64,000 nt of DNA, from positions 9,400 to 73,399 of the forward strand of contig JBKBKS010000001.1 of the NCBI GenBank assembly GCA_046294565.1. Reading direction: 5' to 3'. The DNA comes from Fimbriimonadales bacterium. Lineage in GTDB: Bacteria; Armatimonadota; Fimbriimonadia; Fimbriimonadales; GBS-DC. Below the pieces are notes generated by a model. The model searched no databases and was not told where the DNA came from. It saw only the letters and a program-made list of their open reading frames with translations. A program made the position numbers and the translations under genes. Of the stretch, positions 1 to 9,450 are shown piece by piece. Positions within the stretch are counted from its first letter, which is position 1. Each line of letters starts with the position of its first letter.

Positions 1-1918
1 GGGCTTGCACGACGGCGGGATCAGCGAGAGTGGTGGTGTCGCCGAGCGCGCGCCCTTCCGCGATATCGCGCAGCAGGCGGCGCATAATCTTCCCGCTGCG
101 CGTCTTAGGAAGCTCGGCGGTGAAGATTATCTGGTCAGGTCGGGCGATTGCGCCGATTTTTTGCGCCACATGCTGTTTGAGGGCGTCTTGTAGGGCATCG
201 TCCGCCGTGTAGCCTTCCTTCACAATCACGAACGCCGCCACGCCCTGCCCCTTGATGTCGTGGTGGATGCCAATCACGGCTGACTCGGCGACGGCGGGGT
301 GGTCGACCAGTGCGCTCTCCACCTCCATCGTGCTGAGTCGGTGTCCCGACACATTGATTACATCATCGACGCGCCCCAGTAGCCAGAAGTAGCCGTCGGC
401 GTCTTGGCGTGCGCCGTCGCCCGTGAAGTAGAGACCCTCGTACTTGCTCCAGTAGGTCTGCACGAAGCGTTCGGGGTCACCCCACAGCCCGCGCGTCATC
501 GACGGCCACGGTTGCGTGATGACCAAGTAGCCGCCGTGATTCGCGTCCACAGGTTGCCCCTGATCGTTCAGGATGGCGGCGGCGATACCAGGGAAGGGTC
601 TCGTGGCGGAGCCGGGCTTGGTGGTGGTGATTCCGGGCAGGGGGGTAATCATAATCGCGCCCGTCTCGGTTTGCCACCATGTGTCTACGATGGGGCATCG
701 TCCGCCGCCGATGTGTTCGTGGTACCACATCCACGCTTCGGGGTTGATGGGTTCGCCCACACTGCCGAGCAAGCGCAGGCTGCTCAGGTCGTGCTTTCGG
801 GGGTACTGCTCGCCCCACTTCATAAACGCGCGGATGGCAGTCGGCGCGGTGTAGAGGATAGTCGCGCGATACTTCTCCACGATTGCCCAGAATCGGTCGC
901 GGTCGGGGTAGTCGGGCGCGCCCTCGTAGAGGATACAGGTCGCGCCGTTCGACAGCGGTCCGTACACGATATAGCTATGACCCGTTACCCAGCCGACATC
1001 GGCGGTACACCAGAAGACATCCTCATCCTTGAGGTCGAACACCCACTTTGCCGTGAGCGTGACGCCCGTCATGTAGCCGCCTGTGGTGTGCATGATGCCT
1101 TTGGGTTTGCCTGTGGAGCCTGAGGTGTAGAGCAGGTAGAGCAGGTCTTCGCTGTCCATCGGTTCGGCGGGGCAAGTGAGCGGCGCGTTGCGCATGAGGT
1201 CGTGCCACCAGTGGTCGCGTCCGTGCTGCATATTCACATCGCCGCCGATGCGTTGACAGACGATGACGGTCTCGATGCTGGGCGTCTGGCGCAGGGCGTC
1301 GTCGGCGTTGCGTTTGAGGGGCACGATGTTGCCGCGTCGCCAGCCGCCGTCGGCTGTGATGAGCGCTTTGGCTTGCGCGTCGTTGATGCGGTCTGCCAAA
1401 GCCTCCGCGCTGAAGCCGCCGAACACCACCGAGTGCGGCGCGCCGATACGAGCGCACGCCAGCATCGCAATCACCGCTTCGGGAATCATCGGCATATAGA
1501 TGCACACGCGGTCGCCTTTCTGCACGCCGAGCGACTTGAGCGCGTTGGCGAACTGTTGCACCTCGCGATGCAGGTCGCCGTAGGTTAGCACGCGCGTGTC
1601 GCCCGGCTCGCCTTCCCAGACCAGCGCGGCTTTATTGCGTCGCCAAGTGCGCACATGGCGATCCACGCAGTTGTGGCAAGCGTTCAACTTGCCCCCGACA
1701 AACCACTTCGCGTAGGGCGGCTGCCACTCCAGCGGGGTCTGCCACGGCTCGAACCACTCCAATAACTGCTCGGCTTGCTGCGCCCAGAACGCCACAAAGT
1801 CCTGCGCCGCTCGCTCATAGATGTTCGGATCGTTGATATTTGCCTGCTCGCGAAACGCCTCAGCGGGCGGAAAAGTGCGCGTCTCTTGTAAGAGCGCATC
1901 GATTGCGGTCGGTTGCAT
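1..1918 (-). CDS. acs: acetyl-CoA synthetase (AMP-forming); C-terminal end cut by window edge
   Basis: Manual minus-strand translation from ATG 1918-1916 (SD AGGAGG upstream) gives [18 protein letters not shown]...[19 protein letters not shown]...DTWWQTETG...[15 protein letters not shown]. It is absent from the ORF track because no stop codon lies inside the window. Confidence 0.93.
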   Translation of the reverse strand, partial: MQPTAIDALLQETRTFPPAEAFREQANINDPNIYERAAQDFVAFWAQQAEQLLEWFEPWQTPLEWQPPYAKWFVGGKLNACHNCVDRHVRTWRRNKAALVWEGEPGDTRVLTYGDLHREVQQFANALKSLGVQKGDRVCIYMPMIPEAVIAMLACARIGAPHSVVFGGFSAEALADRINDAQAKALITADGGWRRGNIVPLKRNADDALRQTPSIETVIVCQRIGGDVNMQHGRDHWWHDLMRNAPLTCPAEPMDSEDLLYLLYTSGSTGKPKGIMHTTGGYMTGVTLTAKWVFDLKDEDVFWCTADVGWVTGHSYIVYGPLSNGATCILYEGAPDYPDRDRFWAIVEKYRATILYTAPTAIRAFMKWGEQYPRKHDLSSLRLLGSVGEPINPEAWMWYHEHIGGGRCPIVDTWWQTETGAIMITPLPGITTTKPGSATRPFPGIAAAILNDQGQPVDANHGGYLVITQPWPSMTRGLWGDPERFVQTYWSKYEGLYFTGDGARQDADGYFWLLGRVDDVINVSGHRLSTMEVESALVDHPAVAESAVIGIHHDIKGQGVAAFVIVKEGYTADDALQDALKQHVAQKIGAIARPDQIIFTAELPKTRSGKIMRRLLRDIAEGRALGDTTTLADPAVVQA

Positions 1919-1992
1919 CGTCGTCGCCTCCTTCGTGAGGGAGTTTCGCGCTCGGTTGCGATTTTCCTGCAGGTCGGGCGACGCGCACTGCA

Positions 1993-2024
1993 CTGTAGCA
2001 CGGACATTCTTGTCCGTGCTACAG
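1993..2024. repeat. REP-like hairpin, module A, abutting the atpG stop
   Basis: Perfect 14-bp inverted repeat CTGTAGCACGGACA / TGTCCGTGCTACAG with loop TTCT. It has the same GCACGGACA core as the copies at 22474 and 27645. Confidence 0.8.
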
Positions 2025-2891
2025 TCAGCCTTTCAACGCCTCTGCGCCGCCGACCACTTCGGCAATCTCTTTGGTAATCGCCGCTTGGCGCAGGCGGTTC
2101 ATGGTGAGCGTGAGCTCTTGGATCATCTTGCCCGCGTTGTCGCTCGCCATCGACATGGCGGTCATGCGTGCGCCGTGTTCGCTTGCGCTGGCTTCCAGCA
2201 GCGCCTGTAGCACTTCGGTCAGCAGGTAGCGCGGCAGCAGGCGTTGGAGCAGCTCCTCCGCCGACGGCTCAAACACGAAGTCATATTTTACGCCGTCGTC
2301 CGTGCCTGCAGGCGGCTCGATGGGCAGCAGGGGCAAGAGGGTCGGGCGTTGGGTAACGGGGTTGATGAACTGCGAATAGATGAGGTAGACGCGGTCCACT
2401 GCGCCGCTGACGAACATTTCTTGCACGGCGTCGGCGACGGCGCGGGCGTCATCCAGCCCTGCGCCTGCAGTGGGCATCGAGCGGTAGAGCGCGATGTTGT
2501 AGCCGCGCTTGCTGAAGAACTGGTAGCCCCGCCGCCCGACGCAGATGAGCTGCACCTGTTCGGGGCGCAGCTGCATCTCGCGCAGGGCGTTCTGCTGCGC
2601 GCGGATGAGGTTCATGTTATATGAGCCGCACAGCCCGCGGTCGGAGGTTGCCAGTACGAACCCGTAGGTGCGCGGCTCGCGCTTGTGCAGCAAGGGGTGG
2701 TCGGGCAGCTCGCCTGCGCGTCCGAGCTCTTGGAGCACATCGTGCATGCGTTGGGCGTAGGGGCGCGCTGCCAGCACGCGATCTTGCGCGCGACGCAGGC
2801 GCGCCGCCGACACCAACTTCATCGCCCGCGTAATCTGCTGGATGCTCTTCGCGGCGCGGATCCGCGCCCGCATACCTCGCAGCGTTCTCAT
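2025..2891 (-). CDS. atpG: F1 ATP synthase subunit gamma
   Basis: 288 aa. N-terminus [30 protein letters not shown] and C-terminus [19 protein letters not shown] are typical gamma termini. Overlaps the atpA stop by 4 nt. Confidence 0.95.
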   Translation of the reverse strand: MRTLRGMRARIRAAKSIQQITRAMKLVSAARLRRAQDRVLAARPYAQRMHDVLQELGRAGELPDHPLLHKREPRTYGFVLATSDRGLCGSYNMNLIRAQQNALREMQLRPEQVQLICVGRRGYQFFSKRGYNIALYRSMPTAGAGLDDARAVADAVQEMFVSGAVDRVYLIYSQFINPVTQRPTLLPLLPIEPPAGTDDGVKYDFVFEPSAEELLQRLLPRYLLTEVLQALLEASASEHGARMTAMSMASDNAGKMIQELTLTMNRLRQAAITKEIAEVVGGAEALKG

Positions 2892-4426
2892 GCCCGCTCG
2901 TTCTCCTGTAAGAACTTCGCCTTGTATTCCTCGATTGCCGCGCGCAGGGTGCGCTCGGTCTCCTCGTCGAGCTTCTTCTCGCGTCGGATTTTCTCGCCGA
3001 GTTCGGGATACTTCTCGCGCATGTAGGGGTGGAAGCCCTCTTCGAACGCCCGCACCTTCTCGACGGGGATGTCGTCGAGGTAGCCCTGCGTGCCCGCGAA
3101 GATAATCATCACCTGCTCCTCGACGGGCATCGGCACGAACTGGGGCTGCTTGAGCACCTCTTGCAGGCGCAAGCCGCGCGCGAGCTGCAGCTGCGTGGCA
3201 CGGTCCAAATCCGAGGCGAACTGCGCGAACGCCTGCACCTCGCGGAACTGCGCCATGTCCAAGCGCAGGCGTCCCGCGACCTGCTTCATGGCGCGAATCT
3301 GGGCGTCGCCGCCCACACGACTGACCGAGATACCCACATTAATCGCCGGGCGGATACCCGCGTAGAACAGGCTCGGCTCCAAGTAAATCTGCCCGTCGGT
3401 GATGGAGATGACATTCGTGGGGATGTAGGCGGACACATCGCCTGCTTGAGTTTCGATGATGGGCAACGCGGTCAGCGAGCCGCCGCCGCGTTCGTCGGAC
3501 ATCTTCGCCGCGCGCTCCAGCAGGCGCGAGTGCAAGTAGAACACATCGCCCGGATAGGCTTCGCGCCCGGGCGGACGGCGCAGCAGCAGCGATACGGCGC
3601 GATACGCCTGCGCATGCTTGGAAAGGTCATCGTACACCACCAGCGCGTGCATGCCGTTGTCGCGGAAGTATTCGCCCATCGCGCAGCCCGTGTAGGGCGC
3701 GAGGTATTGCAGACTGTTCGGGTCGCTCGCCGACGCCACCACCACGATCGAGTATTCCATCGCACCGTAGCGTTCCAGCGTGTCCACGAACCGCGCGACC
3801 GCCGCCATCTTCTGACCCACCGCCACATAGATACAGTACACAGGCGAGTCGGTCTGATGCGTCTGCTTCTGGTTGATGAAAGTGTCCAGCACGATAGCGG
3901 TTTTGCCAGTGGAGCGGTCGCCGATGATAAGCTCGCGTTGCCCGCGCCCGATGGGGATCATCGCGTCGATGGCTTTGATGCCTGTCTGCAACGGCTCCTT
4001 AACAGGTTGGCGCGTGATGACGCCCGGCGCAATCACCTCGATACGGCGGTACTCTTCGGCGACGATGGGACCCTTGCCGTCCAGTGGTCGTCCGAGCGCG
4101 TCGACCACGCGCCCCAGCAGCGCCTTGCCGACAGGCACTTCCGCGATACGCCCCGTGCGCTTAACGGGGTCGCCCTCCTTAAGCTCCTCGTCCGAGCCTA
4201 ACACAATTACGCCGATGCTGTCCTCTTCGAGGTTCAGCACCATGCCCATCACTTCGTGGGGGAACTCCAGCAGCTCGCCCATCTGCGCGTCAGGTAGCCC
4301 GTACACGCGCGCGATGCCGTCGCCCACTTGCAGGATTGTGCCGACGCTCTCGGCGACGGGCTTGCCGTCGGCGGTCTCTATTTCCTTCGCTAAGATGCTC
4401 GTAATCTCCTCTGGTCGGATTGCCAT
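2888..4426 (-). CDS. atpA: F1 ATP synthase subunit alpha
   Basis: 512 aa. Walker [10 protein letters not shown] and alpha-type sequence throughout ([31 protein letters not shown]). Confidence 0.97.
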   Translation of the reverse strand: MAIRPEEITSILAKEIETADGKPVAESVGTILQVGDGIARVYGLPDAQMGELLEFPHEVMGMVLNLEEDSIGVIVLGSDEELKEGDPVKRTGRIAEVPVGKALLGRVVDALGRPLDGKGPIVAEEYRRIEVIAPGVITRQPVKEPLQTGIKAIDAMIPIGRGQRELIIGDRSTGKTAIVLDTFINQKQTHQTDSPVYCIYVAVGQKMAAVARFVDTLERYGAMEYSIVVVASASDPNSLQYLAPYTGCAMGEYFRDNGMHALVVYDDLSKHAQAYRAVSLLLRRPPGREAYPGDVFYLHSRLLERAAKMSDERGGGSLTALPIIETQAGDVSAYIPTNVISITDGQIYLEPSLFYAGIRPAINVGISVSRVGGDAQIRAMKQVAGRLRLDMAQFREVQAFAQFASDLDRATQLQLARGLRLQEVLKQPQFVPMPVEEQVMIIFAGTQGYLDDIPVEKVRAFEEGFHPYMREKYPELGEKIRREKKLDEETERTLRAAIEEYKAKFLQENERA

Positions 4427-4439
4427 GATTGCACCTCGC

Positions 4440-5015
4440 TTACTCTGTGCGGGCGGCGCGTGCGCCGCGTCGCTCGATTTCGAGCGTGATGTGGTCGCGC
4501 AGGCGGTCTAACGCGCCGCGCAGGGTTCCGTCGATTTGATAGTCGCCCATCTGCACGCGCACACCCCCGATGAGGTCGGGGTTCACCTCGAAAGTCGGGA
4601 TGATTGTTTTGCCTGTGCTGTGCTGTAGTTTCTGGACGATGTCGTTCTGTTCCGCTGCGGTGAGCGGCGTCGCCGATTCGATGGTAGCCCTCACCACGCC
4701 TTGATGCGCCTCTTGGAGCTTGCGGAACTCTTCACAGACCGCTTCGAGGAACTTCTCGCGTCGCTTTTCGATGAGCAGCTCCAGCAGGCGCAAGGTGTGG
4801 GGCTGGAGCTGGGCTTGGAGCGCTTCGCGCAGGTGTGCAACTTTTCGGTCGCGTGGGATGAGCGGGCTATAGAAGAAGGCGCGCAGCTCCGCTGACTGCT
4901 CCAGCAGAGTGCGTAGCCCTGCGAGGTCGTCGGCGGTAGGCCGGAGCAGGTTCTGCTTCAGCGCGACTTCGAACAGGGCGCGGGCGTACCGTCGGGCGAC
5001 GCGGATATCGACCAT
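4440..5015 (-). CDS. atpH: F1 ATP synthase subunit delta (OSCP)
   Basis: 191 aa. [14 protein letters not shown]-terminus. Lies between atpF and atpA. Confidence 0.85.
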   Translation of the reverse strand: MVDIRVARRYARALFEVALKQNLLRPTADDLAGLRTLLEQSAELRAFFYSPLIPRDRKVAHLREALQAQLQPHTLRLLELLIEKRREKFLEAVCEEFRKLQEAHQGVVRATIESATPLTAAEQNDIVQKLQHSTGKTIIPTFEVNPDLIGGVRVQMGDYQIDGTLRGALDRLRDHITLEIERRGARAARTE

Positions 5016-5573
5016 TTAGCGCACCTCCGCCGTCTGGATAAACTCCTGCACGAGCCTGCGGTGGCGTTCGTCGGTCATCTCCTCGCGCAGCAGCCGTTCG
5101 GTTGTGCGCAGGGTGAGTTCGGCGACATAGGTTTGGAGTTCGCTGCGCAGTTTCTCGCTCTCCAGTTGCGCTTGTTCTTGGGCGCGTGCGACGATTTCGT
5201 CGGCTTGGCGTCGGGCGTCGGTGACGATTTGGTCGCGCAGCTGTTGCGCCTCGCCGACGGCTTGCTGGATGCGCTCGCGCGCCTCGGCTTCAATCTGCGC
5301 CAGTCGTGCTTCGTACTCGCTGCGCAGCTGCTCCATCGCGCGGCGGTCGGCTTCGATTTTGTCGTAGGTGGCGTTGATGTCCTGACGCCGCGACTCGAGC
5401 ATATTGCCCAGCGGCTTCCAGAAGAACTTGGCCATCACCCACAGCAGCACGAGAAAGCCGACGATTTGAATAATCAGGATGTTGAAGTCGATCCCGAGCA
5501 GCTCCAGCAAGCCGCCGCCTTCGCCTTCCGCTGCGCCGAGCAGGTTCGGTAGATGCGTCAAAAGATTGGGCAT
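5016..5573 (-). CDS. atpF: Fo ATP synthase subunit b
   Basis: 185 aa. One N-terminal TM helix followed by a long charged coiled coil. SD AGGAGG upstream. Operon position fits. Confidence 0.85.
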   Translation of the reverse strand: MPNLLTHLPNLLGAAEGEGGGLLELLGIDFNILIIQIVGFLVLLWVMAKFFWKPLGNMLESRRQDINATYDKIEADRRAMEQLRSEYEARLAQIEAEARERIQQAVGEAQQLRDQIVTDARRQADEIVARAQEQAQLESEKLRSELQTYVAELTLRTTERLLREEMTDERHRRLVQEFIQTAEVR

Positions 5574-5624
5574 CGTTAGAAAACCTCCTGCGGGGGCAGC
5601 GCGTTACCGCCCCCGACTAATCGC

Positions 5625-5891
5625 TTACTGACCGATGGTCGGCAGGCGTCCTTGCAGCAGGAAGAAGATGACGAACGAGAACAGCACGAGCGACTCGATG
5701 AACGCCAGACCGATAATCATACCTGTCTGGATTCGCCCTGCCATTTCGGGTTGTCGTGCCATTCCCTCCATCGCGCCTGCAACCGCGCGCCCTTGACCCA
5801 GTCCAGCGCCGATGACTGCCAGCGGCAGACCCAGTCCGACTGCCAGCGCCAGTCCCATCAGATAGAGTCCTGCACCAACATCGATTTGCAT
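5625..5891 (-). CDS. atpE: Fo ATP synthase subunit c
   Basis: 88-aa two-helix proteolipid starting at ATG 5891 with SD AGGAGG 8 nt upstream. [11 protein letters not shown] carries the conserved carboxylate. The 165-aa ORF-track version begins inside the hairpin cluster and is rejected. Confidence 0.9.
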   Translation of the reverse strand: MQIDVGAGLYLMGLALAVGLGLPLAVIGAGLGQGRAVAGAMEGMARQPEMAGRIQTGMIIGLAFIESLVLFSFVIFFLLQGRLPTIGQ

Positions 5892-5978
5892 GTCTCCTAA
5901 CCTCCTTGGTTTATTATGTCCTTCTCCGCGCTTCCGTGCGGAGGGTCTCCTCCCGTGCTGAGAGGAAATCTCATCGTG

Positions 5979-6061
5979 GCAAGGACACTCCTGTCCGTGC
6001 GCCCCTGCCCTGTGCGACGACAAGAATGGCGTCGCACCAACGCTTGGACTAAAGTCCAAGC
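5979..6061. repeat. REP/BIME-like mosaic of three hairpin modules (A', B inverted, C) between atpB and atpE
   Basis: 5979-6000 GCAAGGACA-CTCC-TGTCCGTGC (1 mismatch). 6012-6037 GTGCGACG-ACAAGAATGG-CGTCGCAC. 6042-6061 GCTTGGAC-TAAA-GTCCAAGC. Confidence 0.8.
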
Positions 6062-6063
6062 CA

Positions 6064-6819
6064 CTAATGCGCGTGGGCGTGTTCGCCGTGATGCTCGTCG
6101 TGATGCTCGGTCGCCAACGCAAGATAAATCAAGGTCAGAATCGAGAACACGAACGCCTGCACGAACGCCACGAGCAAGCCAAGTAGCATCACGGGGAACT
6201 GGATGGGCAACGGCAGGTAGATTGCCTTGAACACGGGCATCGCGAGCGCCGTAATCAGCGCCATCGTCACCTGCTCCTTGCCGAACATGTTGGCGTACAA
6301 ACGAATGGAAAGCGAGACGGGCTTCGCCAACTCACTCACGACCTCAATGACGAACAGCAGCGGCGAGAGTAAAATGGGTACTTCGCCCCAGCGGGCGAAG
6401 TGTTTCAGGTAGCCGCCAATCCCACGCGCCCGAATCCCCTCGTACTGCACATAGAGAATCACAATCAGGGCGAGCGCGATGGTCGTGTTGAGGCTCGCAG
6501 TCGGGGCGATTCCTGGGGGAATCAAGCCCATGAGATTGCAAAACAGAATAAACAGGAAAATTGTGCCTGCGAGGGGGACATATTTGCGCCCGTGTTCGCC
6601 CACGACGCTCACCGCGAGGTTATCGAAGAATTCGTAGATGATTTCGGCGAGGTTCTGCAGGCGTCCGGGGCGTTTTTGCATATTGCGCGTGGCGCTCAGG
6701 GCAAAAATCAGCAGCGCGAGGGCCGCGATGCCCGATAGCACAGAAAAAACGGGCGGCGGCACATGCGCTCCGATGCCCGTCTGCGTGAAAATCCAAACTG
6801 CGTTCAGCCGTCCATCCAC
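6064..6819 (-). CDS. atpB: Fo ATP synthase subunit a
   Basis: 251 aa, polytopic. [14 protein letters not shown] contains the conserved a-subunit Arg motif. First gene of the atp operon. Confidence 0.9.
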   Translation of the reverse strand: MDGRLNAVWIFTQTGIGAHVPPPVFSVLSGIAALALLIFALSATRNMQKRPGRLQNLAEIIYEFFDNLAVSVVGEHGRKYVPLAGTIFLFILFCNLMGLIPPGIAPTASLNTTIALALIVILYVQYEGIRARGIGGYLKHFARWGEVPILLSPLLFVIEVVSELAKPVSLSIRLYANMFGKEQVTMALITALAMPVFKAIYLPLPIQFPVMLLGLLVAFVQAFVFSILTLIYLALATEHHDEHHGEHAHAH

Positions 6820-6855
6820 TGATGCGCGTCTCCTTCGCCTTCCTTAGACGCTAGT

Positions 6856-6861
6856 ATTATA
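6856..6861 (-). promoter_or_regulatory. -10 element of the atp operon promoter (TGGGTATAAT on minus strand)
   Basis: Minus strand reads CAGTGGGTATAATACT about 37 nt upstream of the atpB ATG. Matches the GGTAYAMT motif seen at about 17 starts in this window. Confidence 0.55.
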
Positions 6862-6895
6862 CCCACTGGGGGACTCGCGCGTCAAGGGGGGGGAG

Positions 6896-7369
6896 CTACT
6901 CCAACTGGATTTTACAGGAGAGGTCGGTTTCAGCAGCGTCTATCCGACGATTGTAAGCTTCGACAATCTCAGTGAACGCATCAATCAGGGACATGTTCCG
7001 CTCCGCTGCGAACTCGATGAGATTTGTCGCAACAAAGTGTTCAATTGGCAAGACGGCAATCTGATGGGCGATTCCCTGATCTTCCGCTAAGGCAATTGCG
7101 TTCGCTTCCTGCTCCTTCAGAGTTAGAATTACGGGAAGACGCCGATCTTTCAAATTCTCGCGACACTTCTCGATAAGCGTGCTGCTGGGGCGCGCCGTTA
7201 CATGGAACACCACCTTTCCAGAGGCTGTGCTTAGTTCAAAGTCGCCGCTGCGCCCAGTCGGGGCGTCTGCGGCATGAGCGGGCAGCTTTCCTCGTCGCGT
7301 GCAGCTGCTCAACCATTCGCTCAGGCGTTTTTGCGCTTCCTCGCGGATATTGGGGTACTCTGCACTCAC
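6896..7369 (-). CDS. hypothetical protein (157 aa) immediately downstream of vsr; possible remnant or partner of the decayed R-M module
   Basis: The ORF sits in a visibly lower-GC stretch, 3 nt after the vsr stop. I recognise no motif in it. Confidence 0.5.
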   Translation of the reverse strand: MSAEYPNIREEAQKRLSEWLSSCTRRGKLPAHAADAPTGRSGDFELSTASGKVVFHVTARPSSTLIEKCRENLKDRRLPVILTLKEQEANAIALAEDQGIAHQIAVLPIEHFVATNLIEFAAERNMSLIDAFTEIVEAYNRRIDAAETDLSCKIQLE

Positions 7370-7372
7370 GAT

Positions 7373-7801
7373 TCACCTCGCTCGGCGGAGCATTCTCTTC
7401 AGCCGCCCACGCACGCGATGAGGTTCTTGCAAGATTTCATGTTCCCAGAACCTGATTACGCGCCATCCTGCTTGCTGGAGCTGCTGATTGTAGCGTTGCG
7501 CACGCTGGATATTGCGCTCGATTTTGCCTTGCCAGTATTCCTGTCGGGTTTTGGGCAAGGGGCGTTGACAGATAGGGCAGCCGTGCCAGAAGCATCCGTC
7601 CGCAAAGATTGCAATTCGCAGGTTGTCGAAGACCACATCGGGCGCGCCAGGCAGATTGGTCGCGTTTTTACGCCAGCCTCGAATGTGCATTCCTGCGAGC
7701 ATTGCCCACAGGCGTCGCTCGATTCGGGTGGCTTTACCCTTGACCGCCTGAATTGTGCGACGGCGGTCAGCTGGAGAGAGGTTATCCGCCATCGTCTTCA
7801 A
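7373..7801 (-). CDS. vsr: very short patch repair endonuclease
   Basis: 142 aa. ...PGAPDVVFDNLRIAIFADGCFWHGCP...EYWQGKIERNIQRA...GWRVIRFWEHE aligns by eye with E. coli Vsr (PGRPDFVV..., FxHGCFWH, FWxxKIxxNxxRD, GWRVLxxWE). Overlaps the dcm remnant 3' end by 20 nt. Confidence 0.9.
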   Translation of the reverse strand: MKTMADNLSPADRRRTIQAVKGKATRIERRLWAMLAGMHIRGWRKNATNLPGAPDVVFDNLRIAIFADGCFWHGCPICQRPLPKTRQEYWQGKIERNIQRAQRYNQQLQQAGWRVIRFWEHEILQEPHRVRGRLKRMLRRAR

Positions 7802-8547
7802 AGAGCGAGTAGGTGGTGGGCGTGGGGGGATGCGCCATCATCAGGGGGGTGAGCGCGTAGTGCGCAATCCAGCGTATCACGGGCACGCACACCGCGTCGC
7901 CGAACGCGGTGAGCGCGCGGTTCTCAGGGGCGTGGATTGAATACTCGTCGGGCACGCCTTGCAAGCGTGCATACTCACGAGCGGTCATCGTGCGCATGCG
8001 GATTTGCCCGCGCCCTGCACGCACCAAGAACTGCTTGCCACTGCCGCCGACCGCCGTGCGCAGGCATCCTGCGATATCATCTGTACGCAGCTCTCAGCAG
8101 CGAGGACGGACGGCTCAGCAGGCTTCGATAACTGCGCGCCTCAGCCGACAAGCGTGCTGCAATCACAAACACACGAGGGCGGCTCTAGGGCACAAACCGA
8201 CGCGCATCTAAGGTGAACACATCACAAGCATATCCAAGCTCATTTAGGGTGAGTATCGTGAGCCGAAAATCTTCCCCATGACGCGCGTAAAGCCACCCGT
8301 TCACATTCTCCAGCAGCAGCAGCGGAGGCGCGTTTTCCCCCTGCGCTTGCAAAATGCGGACAAATCCCCAAAATGCGCCCGACTACTTCCCTCGCTGCAA
8401 ACCCTGCATCTTGCCCGCCAGCGACAAGTCAATGCACGGAAACGAGCAGGTCGCCAATGTCGCTCGCGGTATCGAGGCTGGATCGACATCGAACACATCA
8501 CTGACGACATAGTGTTCGTCGGCGTCGGGAAAGAATCCCCAATACAT
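7782..8547 (-). pseudogene. dcm: DNA (cytosine-5)-methyltransferase pseudogene
   Basis: Manual translation shows motif IV SFPCIDLSLAGK, motif VI LLLENV and motif VIII LDARRFVP*SRPRVFVIAA. In-frame TAG codons lie at 8385-8383 and 8187-8185, followed by a frameshift into the 7782-8027 ORF, which carries motifs IX/X (TAREYARLQGVPDEY, GDAVCVPV). Motif I and the N-terminus are missing and the TRD is very short. Confidence 0.85.
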
Positions 8548-8597
8548 CTTAGGGACTTCCTGTTGCCTGTCTTCCGAATGTAGGGTACAATCTTGCT

Positions 8598-9434
8598 ATG
8601 GCGCAGCGAGTGGCGTACTGGTTCGCGTTTGAAGCGTCGCACTTTTATCATCTGCCCCATCTCAGTCCTGAGGAGAACGCGCGCCTGTTCGGCAAGGCGG
8701 CGCGTCATCACGGGCACAACTACCGCGTGCAGGTGGTCTATCGCGCGACGCCTTCGCAAACGCCCCACGAGTGGGAGACGCTCGCCCACGCTACACGCCA
8801 ACGCATCGACGCGCAGTTCGACCACCGCTGTATCAACCGTGAACACCCCGCTTTTCAGACCCAGCTGCCCACCACCGAGAACCTCGCGCTCTATCTGTGG
8901 CGCGACCTGCGCGAGACGCTCGGCGCGCCCGTCGAATCGGTGAGCGTGCATGAATCGGAAGCGCTCGCCTCGACCTATGCAGGCGATACGGCGTCCGACA
9001 GCGACGGCAACGCCCGCCCGCTCATCTCCATGACGCGCGCCTATACCTTCTCCGCCGCGCATCGGCTCTACAATCCCCAACTCAGCGATGCGCAAAACCG
9101 CGCCCTCTATGGCAAATGTTCCAACCCGCACGGGCACGGACACGACTACAAACTGGAAATCACGGTTCGAGGCGCGCCCGACCCCCTCACAGGGATGGTG
9201 ATGAACATCACGACGATCGACGCACTGGTGCAAGCGGAGGTGTTGGCGCACTTAGACCACAAGTTTCTCAACGAGGAGACGCCGCCCTTCGACCAGATCC
9301 CGCCGACTTCGGAGAACCTTGTGGCGTTTATTGTGGCGCGTTTGCAGCCGCACCTACAAGGCGTCGTGCGTTTGGCGGGCGTGCGCTTGTGGGAGACGCC
9401 GCGCAGTTGCTTCGAGTGGCAACCCGACGCATAG
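8598..9434 (+). CDS. tandem-domain 6-pyruvoyl-tetrahydropterin synthase / QueD-family protein
   Basis: 278 aa with two PTPS-like halves. The first has GKAARHHGHNYRVQV (no Cys). The second has GKCSNPHGHGHDYKLEITV (Cys + His triad). -10 TACAAT at 8586-8591 lies 6 nt before the ATG. Confidence 0.8.
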   Translation: MAQRVAYWFAFEASHFYHLPHLSPEENARLFGKAARHHGHNYRVQVVYRATPSQTPHEWETLAHATRQRIDAQFDHRCINREHPAFQTQLPTTENLALYLWRDLRETLGAPVESVSVHESEALASTYAGDTASDSDGNARPLISMTRAYTFSAAHRLYNPQLSDAQNRALYGKCSNPHGHGHDYKLEITVRGAPDPLTGMVMNITTIDALVQAEVLAHLDHKFLNEETPPFDQIPPTSENLVAFIVARLQPHLQGVVRLAGVRLWETPRSCFEWQPDA

Positions 9435-9450
9435 TTGCCGATAATCCTCT

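Noticed and set aside
3029-4201. 390-aa plus-strand ORF, and similar ones at 404-1123, 1202-1588 and 3873-4511
   Set aside because: They lie antisense to the unmistakable atpA and acs genes. Their Arg/His/Ala/Gly/Leu-rich low-complexity composition is typical of shadow ORFs in GC-rich DNA.
5892-6122. Long (165-aa) version of the atpE ORF
   Set aside because: The extra N-terminal part is a translation of the hairpin cluster and the atpB 3' end. SD AGGAGG sits in front of ATG 5891, giving a normal 88-aa c subunit.
8301-9251. 316-aa minus-strand ORF
   Set aside because: It lies antisense to the queD-like gene and has no motifs. It is in a different frame from the dcm remnant that shares its 3' part.
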